From Tubulanus polymorphus (taxonomy: Eukaryota > Animalia > Nemertea): a stretch of DNA of 64,000 bases. Shown here in pieces: positions 25,163 through 38,500 of the stretch. The notes below the pieces were generated by a model. It did no database searches. It had not been told where the DNA came from and worked only from the letters and a program-made list of their open reading frames with translations. A program made the position numbers and the translations under genes. The DNA lies in the NCBI RefSeq assembly GCF_964204645.1, contig NC_134028.1, positions 18,483,653 to 18,547,652 of the forward strand, written 5' to 3'. How positions within the stretch are numbered: the stretch's first letter is position 1; each line of letters starts with the position of its first letter.

Positions 25163-27700
25163 TGATCATTTCTTCCATTTCTTCTCCGAATATCAATTTC
25201 GTCCATTACTGAGTAATCGTCGACTTGGCAGTTGCCATATCACAAGGCAAGAGTTGCTTTCGACCCAGCAACAAGCATTTTTCTGTCGTTACGCCAAAAT
25301 TCGAGCGAGTTCGGGTTTTCATGTTTGCCTCCACAAGATCTCTGTTTGCTGAAATGAATCTCCAGCGGATCTTGGCTTAACTTCCCACTCAAAAAGAACT
25401 ACACTTCAGGTTTAAGCACCAATTCTCAAGTCAGGCATACAAATGACTGAACTAAAATATAGAAAATTATATGTTGAAGTTGTTCATGTTGTAAATGTAA
25501 GTTATGTTTAAGTTTAAAGGCCGACAGTATATCACAGTGACTCATAAAAAAAAACTTTTTTCGTATACGTTTGATATCATTTTGGTCATAGTAATCTTCT
25601 TAATTAGAATTCGCTGATTTTGAAGATGTTTTTTTATAAGAATTCCTCCAGTAATAATGGAGTTGAACATAAAATCTGTATTTTATTCAATTTTTGTCCG
25701 ATTTTGATGAAATTTTCACACATTGTTACTGACGAGGAGTTAAGATGATATATAAATTTTCAGTTTGATACAACTTTCAGGTCAAAAGTTTTCTAACCCC
25801 CAAAATTATGCACTAGAGAGCTGCAACTGTTTTTTTTATATAGGTTTATGACTACAGGTCACTGTGCTATCTGTGGTGAGGTGAATAACTCCTCCCAGCT
25901 TGTCATTCAAAGATTTGAAAATTTGAAGAATGCACTAAGTAAATTGCTAATTTATGCATGAAGGAGGGCTTAAACTAAATTTTAAGCCATAGATATGACT
26001 ATATTACATGTTTACACATATCCCTGACAAAAAGGAGGGTCCAAATCGGTTAACTGACAGAGATATTAGGGAAATTCCAGTTTCAAAAGCGGAGCTCTTG
26101 ACTGCTCCATGGGTTCAGAGATACTGTCATGTCTGACAGATGATGGGCCTTTTATACTTGATGTCGGCCTTTAAGTTTAAATACATCTCAAATAAATAAC
26201 TCATTATTGGTGATTTGAAATCCTTCCAGTTTTTGAAGACTTTTGCACAGGCGACTCTCCTTTGCTTTTGTTAAATCATCACGAGCCAGACTATAGCCTT
26301 GCCAGTTCTCTAGGAATAGCAAGAAATCTTCTTCGAGCCACTGGAATTGACAAATTTCATATTTCTGATTTTAGATGAATATCAGAGCTTTAAACCTTTC
26401 TCACTGACAAACGCAAGTCATTGTATATAATTCTAAGCATTGAATTCCTAGTTTAATTGTGCCATCCAGAATTTTCCCAATTGTTCCTCATCATTCTCAT
26501 CAGGTGCGGGTGGTGGTTCAGATATGAAATATATGATTCATCCACAATGATACAGGTTTGGAGTGCAAAATGCTGGTCCTTCGCAATAGTTCAATGGCAG
26601 ATGATGATTTATATGCCAGCAAAATACACCATTTAATGAGTACTGGTGCAATTTCATCGCCCGCTTATCCTTCAAATCACAGACTCTCACAACAATCCCT
26701 CAGCCACATTTAAAGTGTTTCCCGCATAGTCGACAAATGGAGCTTAGATTCTGTTGATGTCTCTCTCAAATAATGGAGCATCTCAAAATTTTGAGAGTTA
26801 CTTCAATTAGAATAACTCGCGAAAGGGGGTAGGGGGTTCTGACTGCGGATTCATCACGACTGTCGAACTATCTATTTATTGTGGTGCAATAAAGATAAAA
26901 TTGCATTGAATTGCAGTTTCAAATATATTTATATTACAAGCAGTAGATTTAACTGTCTGTTGGTACTTTAGATATATTTGATTGATAAATGAAGTACAAT
27001 GTCGTGGTGTAGTTTGGGAAAAAAAAACATCTGTTTGGTGATGCACCATCGCGAACAAAATATTTTAAATGAAAACCACAGTTCAACAGCTTGCAGCACT
27101 TTTTGTATCACCCAAAATATCTGATTACTGTCAAAACTGACGCATGGATAATTGGTGATTACGCTATGGATTTCATTAAACAACCCATAAATCATGAATG
27201 CCATTACATTTGTTGCAACGGCTTCACAATTATTACCTCCATCTTCTTTGTAGTTATTCGAAAAAGTTACAAGTTCATTGTTTAAGTTGCCCAAGTCGCA
27301 AAATCGGGATAATTCGCCAGTTTCTGGGCTACGTAAACTAGACCATCTTTGATCTTAACTTCATCGCAGGCAGGTGACACAAAATTTTGGTAGTCTTTCA
27401 TATCATGAAAATTCAATTCATTCTTCACTAGGTTGATGAGGCAAAAATTGATACCAGACACACTATTCGAAAGATGAGTATAATCCCTCAATGTCGTTCT
27501 ATGAGGCAAGTTAAGTAATGGCGATGATCGCAATAGTTCATTAGCAGATGATGATTTATATGCCAGCAAAATACACCATTTAATGAGTACTGGTGCCACT
27601 TCATCGCCCGCTTATCCTTCAAATCACAGACTCTCACATCAATCCCTTGGCCACATTTAAAGTGTTGCCCTCATAGTCGACAAACGGAGCTCAGATTCTG
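25159..27700 (-). pseudogene. P-element/THAP9-type transposase, spliced and degenerate
   Basis: PVLIKWCILLAYKSSSANELLRSSPLLNLPHRTTLRDYT, CDEVKIKDGLVY, VMAFMIYGL, WLEEDFLLFLENW (~26300-26343), LSQDPLEIHFSKQRSCGGKHENP (~25313-25381). Confidence 0.85.
25518..26170. mobile_element. Kolobok-type non-autonomous element, copy 1
   Basis: TTAA|AGGCCGAC...GTCGGCCT|TTAA. An inverted homologous copy lies at 49013-49787. Confidence 0.85.
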
Positions 27701-27933
27701 TTGATGTTTCTCTCAAATAAGGGAGCATCTCAAAATTATGAGAGTTACTTCAATTAGAATGAGTCTCAAAACAGGGTGGGGGGATAAGGCCACCTGCGGA
27801 TTCATCACGACTGTCGAAATATCAATTTATTGTGAGCAATAAAGATAAAATTGAATTGAATTGCAGTTTCAAATATATTTATATTACAAGCAGTAGATTT
27901 AACTGTCTGTTGGCACTTTAGATATATTTGATA
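26581..27933. repeat. ~400-bp direct duplication (26581-26983 and ~27528-27933) within the P-type transposase
   Basis: TCGCAATAGTTCA..GCAGATGATGATTTATATGCCAGC...TAGATATATTTGAT occurs twice. Confidence 0.85.
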
Positions 27934-29087
27934 TTTTTATAAAGTCTATTAGAGTTTAATTAAAATCAAAAAAAAGTTTAAAAAAAAAAACAATAAAAAG
28001 AATAAAAAGAGAATTAAAAGTTGTGATCAAAGTACACTCGTGAGAATGTCTCATCTTTGTCTGTGGCCTCTCATTAGAAAATCAATAGTTCCAACTTTGG
28101 CATGGGTCCAACAAAGGGGGGGCGGTGGGGGGTTTAAACCAATTAGACAGTTATTCTAATCAACAGAACTATTAAAATTTTGAGATGCTCCCTAAATGAA
28201 ATCAAAAAAAAATCTGATTTACAGGTCACCTACCAATTTGTATTAAGCTTTGCGCCTAACATTCTATATCCACCGATCGTTACTTAAATATAGTCTATAG
28301 TCTGGAAAAAAAGAAATAATTTAGAGGTTAATTATGACGATTTTTCATAAAATCTGAAATTAGAAAAAAATGTAGGCCTATGTAATGTTATTTACATCTT
28401 AATTATAGAATTGAATTTTCAAGTTGAAAGGATCCAGAAAACATTGATTGAGTAGGCTACTGATTATGTTGAGAGAAGGTGATTATGTTTCTCTTTGAAA
28501 ATCCATAAGACGGACATAGTTTGACCAAAACTGATGAATTTTCTGATTGAAATTTTATACAATTTGGCATCATTTGGCGTGTAAACCATTTGGACTGATA
28601 CGAAGATGGGCTCTTTCATTCGTTTAAATGTATAATTCACAAAGGGAGGAAAAGAGTGTGACTATGCGAAATTAGACATTATATTCACCTTATATTTAAA
28701 GAATGTTATCATATGCTACCGTAAGTTAATCTGCTGTAGTTTCGCTAAATATTGTGGTATCCTCCAAAAATTTTCACTCAAACGCCGAGCACAAAGCCAT
28801 CTTTCTTATTGCGACGACTGTGCATATCTATAACGCACATAAATAGATTGTATTATGCTTGCGCATTCCCATAATCTCTTCCTGGTAGCAAGACGCTAGG
28901 CAGTTGCTAGTAACAACGCGCACCTGTTCAACGCGCAATGTAAAATGGGTATCCTATGGGTATCCAATCATGTTAAAATGAAGAGAGGTCCTGACCCCAA
29001 TAAAAATAACAGATATGACATGACCCTACAAGATCACGATGTCAAAAATTTTGTGTCGACGGAAAGTTCAGCGCAAGGGATATTTAT

Positions 29088-29479
29088 TAGGGTTTTCTGA
29101 CTTTCGTCGAAAACCCTCTTGAAATTCTGTTGATTATTATTATTATATATTTTCCGCTGATTTCGTCAAATAAAATTCATCTTCATTCAGATTCGGCAAC
29201 TGACAGCTTCGAAACGAAATTGAATTGAATTGTTAGACAACAAGCACCGGCGAAATAACAGTTTGTGACGTCATTTAGTAAGTAAATAAAGGAGGGCTCC
29301 GAGAATTTCCAAATCACGGGGGACTATACTGGGGTTAGACCATTCAACCAAAAAGAAGATTGCTCTGATAATATCCAAATCATCTCATTTTATTTTTTCC
29401 ATCGAATACCCGGTAATTAATTTTTCCTTTCGTTCACATGCATCCAGAAAACCCGTTATCGCTGCTTTGCAGCTATATT
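29088..29479 (+). mobile_element. Short HINE with the same ends as 12081-14695
   Basis: TAGGGTTTTC..GAAAACCCT 5' hairpin and the identical 3' end AAACCCGTTATCGCTGCTTTGCAGCTATATTT. Confidence 0.8.
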
Positions 29480-29937
29480 TTGAGTTTATGTTCCGAACTA
29501 AGTTGAGGGTTAATTAATATGCTTAGACACCAGTTTTTGGCAGCTACATAGAGAAGTGAACGACAGAAAGTACTACCAGCTTTTTAGGTTAGTGCCCACA
29601 AGTAGCATTAACAACACACACTGACATTTAAGTTAGTCTATTCTAATTCAACACGTACCATGAACTATTTTATTTAGAATGACCCAGACCTAAACTGTAC
29701 ATTCATACACATTTTCTAAATCAGGTGTTATCAATGGTCTCACTAGAAGTTACACCCTGACTGCTGGGCAATTAAAGCAATTTCTATTTTATTTCTATTT
29801 AGAATATAACTGGACCAGGCTTTTTGGTTGGTCCTTACGAAAATGACCAAACTTTTTGTTAGTGTGAATGCAGCTAAAGCCATATTTTTTTTAACCGACG
29901 ATAGGCAGAATGACAGGATGAATGAAGTATACTCTAC

Positions 29938-30015
29938 CTCCAATTTTGCTGTGATTTCTTTATTCATATTTTCATTAGTCTTTAATGAAGACTGAGCGCA
30001 AGTCCAATTCCCTTT
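29938..30015 (-). CDS. POLL: DNA polymerase lambda coding exon 2 (start of the 8-kDa lyase domain)
   Basis: ttttcAG|KGNWTCAQSSLKTNENMNKEITAKLE|GTagag. 78 bp, phase 0/0, matching the Pol lambda W.CAQ..N.N..IT.KLE motif and compatible with the upstream exon. Confidence 0.85.
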
Positions 30016-30379
30016 CTGAAAAACACATCAGTCTGTCAGCTAACAAACATATATCCTCGTGACCAACAGTAGAACAATTAAGGGATACAAATAGCACCTG
30101 TGCCCACACTAAACAGTGGCTCGACTTACAAATCTGTTGAGAAGAAATAAGAGCTATTAAACACAATTATCATATGGGGGCAACTATGATCAAAATCGAC
30201 TTCAATTAAAAAATGCAAATGAACAACAAGTAACATAGGTTGTGGAATAACTGTTACCAAAATGAAAGTTCTACTATTTAGCTATCAATGTGAATCATGA
30301 CCCCCTACCTCAGTGTTTGACATGTCTTCAACCCCCAAATAATGCAGAATCCTGAACGAACTCACTTTGACGAAAAAAA

Positions 30380-31118
30380 AGTCAACCTCACTTAATTCGT
30401 ATCTCTTGGGACCGTAGTAATTTGTGTAGTGTATGCGATAAGATCACTACCATTCCCAGCTTGCGAAGTGTAGATTGCATAAATGTGTCATACAGTTGTT
30501 AAATATGTATCCTATTATAGTGTTGTCTGGGCTGACATGGAAAGAATTCCTTCTGATGCAAAATAAATTTCGCATTTTCAATTGTTTTTAAGAAAAGGGA
30601 CTGTGGATAAGGCTACAATTCACGAATTACGAATCATCTTATGGTAATTAAAGTGCATAACGAAGGAAAAATCAGGACACTCACACTTTTTTATTCCTGA
30701 ATTTTGGTCAAGGAACTTTGTAGAAGGAATTTCGTACTTCCCAGAATATTTTTGTTCTTAAATCTAAGTAATATTTGTGTTTGGCAGCCATTTTCTGTTT
30801 AGAATAGTACATTGTGTAGTGTATGTGATAAGATCACTACCACTCCAGCTTGCAAAGAGTAGATTGCATAAATGTGTCATACAGGTGTTAAATATGTATC
30901 GTATCATAGTGTTGTCTGAGCTGACATGGAAAGAATTCCTTCTGATACGAATTACATGTTGCATTTTCAATTGTTTTTAAGAAAAGGGACTGTGGATAAG
31001 GCTACAATTCATGAATTACGAATCATCTAATGGTAATTAAAGTGCATAATGAAGGAAAAAATCAGGACCTTTCATTCCTATACGAATTAAACAATGACTA
31101 ATTAAGTGAGGTTGACTG
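30380..31118. mobile_element. Tc1/mariner(pogo)-like MITE with an internal ~260-bp duplication (~390-bp offset)
   Basis: Inverted ends AGTCAACCTCACTTAATT / AATTAAGTGAGGTTGACTG followed by TA. 30421-30678 is repeated at 30812-31068. Confidence 0.65.
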
Positions 31119-31999
31119 TATTTTCCTGACGAACCGGTTGTGATATGCGCGTTGAATGCATGCAATTCCCCCTGGTGTCGAGAACAAACAAAAAGCTGAG
31201 TAACCAAAATTTCCTATGTGAGAAGATGACTACTAGAACAAATTAATCGCCCATGGGAAAAGTGGTTTTCCTTGAAAACACGTGGAATTCGCACATGTAC
31301 AGTACCTGGTTCAATGAAACGTTTGCCATTTCATTCGTTATTACATCAGTAGCGCAGGAATTTTGAGAATCTCCCCATTATCCCAAGAACAGCCAGTCAA
31401 TCAGGGTCATTGCAATTTTATTTGCAAGAGCTCAGAATTTTCCGGCCAAAACAGTTTTTCGGAGAAACAGGTTTTTTTGTTTGTTTCACTTTGCGTCGTT
31501 TGGTTTCCCAAGATAAAGATGATTGACCAAAGCGTCTTCAAAATTTCCATCAAAAACTTCAACAAGAGCCCCGAGGGCACTATAGCAAGCCTTTTAACTT
31601 TTCGTAACCAGAAACAAACTTTCCATGATGGTTTTCGGCTTTCAACTTGAAAAGTGAATGAAAGTAATGCAATGCATGTTTTAATTATGTTATGAAATCA
31701 AGGTAACACGTACTATCAAGTACTACCATACTATCAAGGTAAAACGTCAGTATGTATACTAACTATGGCCACTGGATACAGTCTGCTCTCGGCACAATCG
31801 ACAAGAAGGCATGACATAGGCCAAGTAAATTGGCCACAGTACATGGGGTACAACTTCACATCCATGATTCAACACAAGTGTTTTGAAGCTGTTCACAGAC
31901 TGAACCTTACGGCCAACTGATAGCTGTACCCTGAGGGCCTATAGCTTGTGTAATGATTGACCAAGTAACAGGGAAACAATATTCACCAGCAGAAGAATG

Positions 32000-34900
32000 A
32001 CAACATCCTGAGATCTTTAGTAGATAAGCATGCTCCAGAAATATCTCGTACTATTGTTGTGAGGGATAAAGCTCCGTGGTTCACACCTGAGACCAGAGAA
32101 GCTAGAGCCATTCATCGTAATGAGAAGAAGTGGCGAAAGGATCGTAATAAATCGCCATCTCTATCGGGCACAGTTGAATATAGTTTGCCATTTGGTAGAG
32201 AAAGCGAAAACAGATTTTTATAGTTGCAAGATCACGTCTAGTTGTAGCAAAGACTTATTTCGGATAGTTAATGATCTCCTTGGCAAGAATGCTGTCTCCC
32301 CGCTGCCAGATCATTCTGATCCACAACAGTTAGCTAAAAGATTTAGTCTATTCTTCAACGAGAAGATAGGCAGGATCCGTCAAGACTTCAATGAAGGGAT
32401 ACCAGTGGAGACTGAATCAGTCGCTGAGGTGCCGCCCATTTTAGTCCAGCGTCAGAGGCTGAAATAAGGACTTTTATTCTCTCGTTACCGGCAAAGGGGT
32501 GCTCCCTTGACCCATTACCCACAAGTCTACTGAACAAGAGATCCACGGATCTTAATATCTCGGGCGCAGAATGTTATCTTTGTAATCTATAGGTGCCATC
32601 TGATTGATGCATCTTTAAGGTTTTCCTTGAACACTTCATGGATGTGTAAAATCTGCTGATTTCGGTGAACAACATCATCGAAATCTAATCAGCAGTCATC
32701 ACGGCAATACGGCAAGTTCTTGGATTAATCATTTGATGGCGCTAGTCAGAACCGGAAATTGGAACCTAAATCCGCCATGTTCCAGTTCATTTGCAATGAA
32801 AATCTCTCGCTTCAAGTTTTCAATCAGCGATATTCTACTTACTATATATCGTCACGCGAAATCCTTTAAATATGATAACCTACCGTTATGTTGGATATGA
32901 TAAAACCTCACGGCAAAGGCTAGAAATCACTATAAGTGTCCTAAAATTATCAAAAAACATTTTGCAACGGCTGAAGATGTAAAGACTGGTTGCCAGGTAT
33001 CACATGGTGGCAGCACTTGACGGTCCAATTTCGATTGCTGGTTCGAGTCCTGGTATTTTTCATATTTTTATTATGAATCTACAAGTGTAGTCCTTCAAAA
33101 ATCAATTCTATTTCATAATATTATTGCATATTTATCAGTGTAGCCTGCAATAAATTCACCTTAAGAGTCTTGAACTCAACAACAAAGTGATGACACCCGG
33201 CACCAGTCATTACATCCATTAGCTGCTTCGAGCGTCATCGCTAAATTTGTGATTTTTGGTAGTTTTTTTTACATTTCTAGTGATCTTTAGCATTCAAAGT
33301 GAGGTTTTATCAAATTCAACACATTGTCAGGATATCATACTGAAAGGATTATGCGTGCCTATGTATAGTAAGTAAAATATCGCTAACTAAAAACTTGAAG
33401 CGAGACGAGGTTTGGGCCTATTCGATTGTGCGCGCATAATCTTCCGTGAAGTAGCGTATCGATTGAATCTTCGGTTATTTGCATAATGAAATAGATATGG
33501 AGAGACGGAATCGATACTACGGCTATCAAATTAAAAATAAACATATAAGACTCTCCCATGACTGGGAAATGAGAAACTAGAACCGAGCAGATTAATAGAT
33601 GAGAAGATTAAAAGACCGGTTTGTCTGCGTCAATCGAATATGCCCTTACATTGATTGACAGCGGGAGCTCAGCCTAACGCAGGGAGCAGTTATTTTACTT
33701 CAATGTAACGTTGTACGTCGGCCTTCTAGCCGTTTTATGAAACAAAATGCTCCTTGAAATCTCTTGAAAAATCGCCACAAATTCGTCGATTTCTCTTAAA
33801 TGTACGCGATATTCAAAATTCTATTTCCAACAGATTTTAGCCGCATGATCAAGCTACATTTTGCGCATAAACATAGTAGATTGCATGACTTTGTGTAAAA
33901 GTTATAACCTCATTTGTCAGCAAAAATTCGATTTTTGGACCCATTACAACATCTCGGGATCGCCCGAGATAAAAAAGTGTGTTGATCTGCTGTTGCCTGT
34001 TCTTATGCGAATAGTAAACACATCATTATCATCTGGTCGAATGCCAACCGCATTGAAGTCTGCTTTAGTGAAGCCAATTCTAAAGAAGCCTACATTGGTC
34101 AAGGAAGGTCTCGCTAATTATCGTCCAGTTTCAAATCTAACATACCTGTCGAAATTAATCGAGCGGATTATTGCGTCTCGCCTCACAAGGCATTTATCTT
34201 CAAATTGTCTTTATGATCCCAATCAATCGGCTTACTGACAAGGCCATAGCACAGACACAGTTCTCCTTCGTGTCATGAATGATATTTTGTGTTCTCTTGA
34301 TGAAGGCAACAAGTTCCTATTTGTGTTATTGGACTTGTCTACTGCTTTTGATACGGTCGATCACAGAATATCGTTAAATCGGCTCGGGAGATCCTGCGGC
34401 ATGAAGGACTCTGTACTACGGTGGTTTGCCTCTAACCTGTCTGAGAGGATGCAGTCTGTAATGGTTGCTAATGAATGTTCACGTCCTACACCTGTAGAGT
34501 GCGGAGTTCCGCAGGGGTCCGTGCTCGGACCTATACTTTTTACCATTTATACCATCCCATTAGGTGATGTGATGCGTAAAAAGGATGTCCAGTACCAACT
34601 ATATGCAGATGACAATCAACTTGAGTCTGCTGCAAAGTGCAGAGATAGGAAAGAGACCATGGAAATGGTTTCGACTGTAGAACACTGGGTCGGTGAGATT
34701 AAGAGTTGGTTGTTCAAAATTAACTATCCCTAAATGCTCCGAAGACTGATGTTGTTAATCTAGTATCGTCGCATAGAATCGGTTCCGTGACTGGTATCTG
34801 TGTTGATGGTGTTTGGATACCAACGTCAGACGATGTTAAAGATCTCGGTGTCATTACTGATAAACATGTGAAAATGGACATGCATGTAAAGTCTGTTCGC

Positions 34901-35558
34901 AAATCGGCGTTTGCAAATCTGTACCGTATCGGCCGCCTTAGAAAATAGCTGGACAGGTCGAGTACCGAGCAGTTGATACATGCATTTGTAACATTGCGAC
35001 TCAACTGTAATAATGGAATCTTAGCTGGCCTTCCCAGCAACATGTTAGCTCCACTCCAACGTGTGCAAAACTCAGCTGCACGAGTTGTGTGCAAGGTTAA
35101 GAAGTTTCAACACATCACACTAACATTACGTGAGCTTCACTGGTTGCCAGTCAGAGAAAGGATTGACTATAAGATTGCACTTCAAGTATTTAAGTGTATC
35201 CATGGTGCAGCTCCTAAATACCTTAAAGACCTCATTGTTCTGAAACAGTCTGCGAGAACCACCAGATCGTCATCTGGTTTAGTCGTTGATTTAAGGAGGA
35301 CAAAATCATGTCTTGGTGATAGGAGATTCACAGTGTATGGTGCTAAATTGTGGAATCTGTTACCACACAAAATCAAACTTATAGACAATATCGATCAGTT
35401 CAAACCTTCCCTGAAGTCCTTTTTATTTGTGAGGGCATATGGAGAGACGGCGCAGTGAACATGGACCTCGTCCCTGGAATAGTGCTCTATATAAGAGACG
35501 ATTATTATTATTATTATTATCATTATTATTATCATTATTATTATTATTATTTTTATTA
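32000..35558 (+). mobile_element. 5'-truncated, degenerate L2-clade LINE with (ATT)n tail, interrupted by a HINE
   Basis: DKHAP..APWFT, LDPLPTSLL|KKC, NYRPVSNL, QSAY, LDLSTAFDTVDH, GVPQGSVLGP, YADDNQL, LHWLPV, LWNLLP. Confidence 0.92.
32535..33972 (-). mobile_element. HINE-type element of a second family, containing a ~200-bp inverted repeat
   Basis: Terminal hairpins AGATCC-AC-GGATCT and ATCTCGGG-ATCG-CCCGAGAT, subTIR ATCTCGGGCG/CGCCCGAGAT. Removing it at an AA site restores the L2 frame. Confidence 0.75.
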
Positions 35559-38500
35559 AGAATGACAGTTACGCAAGATAAATTATGGGAATTTTGGACT
35601 TGAAAAATTTTGATCCTGTGAGACAATGACATAAAACAACTAAAACTTTAAAACTTAGCATAAACTACGTACAATTCTTAGCAGGAAGTTTTTCAAATTT
35701 CGGAAGTACATATTAAACCAGGCCAGCCAGTTACTGTTGAAATCAAGTCCACCAAGTGAATGTGGCTTTCAATAGTTTTAAAGTAGCATAACTTTTAATG
35801 GTAAAGCAATTTAAGCCTAAGCTAAAAACGTTTTTAAATGTGACACGTCTTCGCAAGACCATTCAACAATTCAAATGTGGGATTGTTGATGCATGTCTGT
35901 GTACGCGACAAAAACACTAATCTGCTCCGTGGGAAGCATTATCTATTACTAAAAATTTATACACGGTTATCGCGATATTGCTGACAATGCTATCGACTCA
36001 TGCACTAGAAAAAAATCAAAATCATCAGTGTTGCCAACTAGATACAGATAATCGGGCTCCGAACACAATTCCTAATGTAAGGACATAAAAACGAGTTAAA
36101 CTGATGACACTTTATACCATATCTAATTACTTAAGAACAGTTTTCAGTGTTGCTCAGACTACGGATCTCTGTATTACTGGGTGTGGTTTTCACCCGCAAA
36201 AACGCTGGTGGGCCCTGGTGCGCTGACATTATATGGTGTTAAATAATATTTTCATCAAAAAGCTGTTTGTTTAGTGGAATATGTAATAAAACTTTGAATT
36301 CGTCACCAATATTTCTCGCGACTTTGATTGAAGCTCCCGTACTCATTAAAGGTGCTGATGGCGAGGCATTAGACTTGATCAGCGCGTACGATCAATATCT
36401 CTATGTACGTGTTCCGTATTACATGCGAGTGTATTGTGGCAACGCCCTACAACGGCTTGAACTAACAAGTAACGTTGATTAATCTATAACCAAATTTGAG
36501 CACTTATAAACATCAGAATCAAATATAAACCAAGCTGCACCATCTACATCGAGTGCAGAATATATGTGCTAATTTACAGAATAATCAGTCCACACTAACA
36601 GCTTAAATCATGTCATAACGAAACATCTACAAACAGACAGACAGACAAACATGACGACGATGCCATAGATGGGTTGGCAAACCCAAAAAAAGAAAACAAT
36701 AAAGTACCAATGGCCCAGAAGCTCACCGACATGATAATCTGAGAAGTAAAAGGAAGAAAGCGAAATATGCTTTCAAAGAAGTGGCTGCTGACCTGGTCCC
36801 AATCAGTAATTGGTCAGGAAGATCTCATCGAGAGATTAAGTCTGGCATTTTTAATCTTACCAGTCAATCCTGTGGTAACATTGAACTTTGCATTTGAAAT
36901 TGGGGTTGAGGGGGGTAATAATCAAAGCTAAGTTGACAAAGAACTGTGAGATGGAGAGGTTACACTTCATATAAAATGAAATGTTTTATTTTTTTGCAAA
37001 ATAACAAGCTAATTTTTTTACAATAACTTGAATCTTGAATAGTTCAGATGTTCCGTCGTACATGTATCTAGGTTATGGTTTCCCGTGAACGTCGCAATTT
37101 TTGTTATAAGTTTAATGACTGCTACTCGCCAGATCATTACCTAAACAAGAGGCCCTGAAGGTAAAAAAGAGAAAATATATGTTTTACTGATGCTTCTGTA
37201 TTCCATTGCCCTAATGACCAAATATCGCGAGTTGCTAAATTACGCTAAATATTAAGTTCGTTCGTATCATCTCCCAATTTCAGCCTTGCCACCCTCAAGA
37301 AATGTTTTAAACGCCTGTGCAATGTTCTATCAAAATCATTGAAGAAACTGTTTTCATGCACAAACACGCATTGTAGCGACGGATAAGAAGACAAAGCAAT
37401 TCAAACCCACCGTTCATATCGCTAAATCAGGTCTTTAATTGTGTTGTTATAACTTTTTTCGGAAATAATTCAGTAATCGCACATTCGCTATTAAAATAGC
37501 TTCAGGGAAAGCCGAAAATGTGGAGAGCTCTCAATTGGCAAGCTGGTGCCGCCATCATCAATCGCAAGGCCAGCAAATCCAAATGAGTAAAAAGTGGAGG
37601 GGTGGATGATTATTTTTTTCTCCTAATAACCTATAGTAGCAAACGATATAGCTGAAAGAAGTTTGTATTCTGATTCAGCAGGCATTATTTTTTTACAAAC
37701 GAGGTCCAGTCATGAAAAAATGAAGGCCTTTTTATTGGATATACATTGTGATTCGTTAATTCATCAGGAGAAACTGAAGACTTACCTACCTCCCTCGTAC
37801 ATGTACCATACCCGACGACTGGTGGAAGTTAATACGCTACGGTTTCTTCGAGTATCTTGACGTTGACGGTACTCTTATTTCAAGAGTCAGTGACCAAAGT
37901 ATAAAAACGTAACGTGCTTTACCGCCATTTGTTTTTTTAACAGTAATCGTCAATACACAGCTTAATATTTTACAAAATGGATCTATTTTAGCGAGGATCC
38001 ACCTATCATTCTACACAGTGTTAAGCGCATGCGCATCTGCTAATGATTATTCATGACTTACGTCATTCCAGGTCATGTCAAACTATATTAAAGCTAAGGA
38101 AATTTTCTAATTATCTAAATTTTTACAGCTTAGATCAATCACATCGCAACGAAATTCGCACAATGAGTGTCAGGCTATTTGAATCATCTGCAACAAGAAA
38201 TACGAACGGGTCTATCACCGTTTCAAAATGTGGCTTGTTAACATCACTTTCTAGCAATATTGGCACAAGACCAACTAGACCCTTGGCATAAGAAGTGAAC
38301 CGTAGGTTTGCTAAAAAGGGAAATGATGCATTCTGTGGGCTTTATTTGTCAAAATACACTCACAGCTCAGAGTCATTATCTATAAATAACACAATACAAT
38401 TGTGTTTTCATAATTAGCACATACAGCGACTGGAGCTGGCAGGAACAAAAACCTCAGATAAATCTTCTCCCTTGGTCTTATTGATTGGAATGCAGAATAG

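Noticed and set aside
28500-28930. THAP exon and right TIR of the P-like element
   Set aside because: Only MALCSAF.. is suggestive; no complete THAP motif, TIR pair or TSD could be read.
35350-35632. Poly-Tyr / poly-Asn ORFs
   Set aside because: They are translations of the (ATT)n LINE tail.
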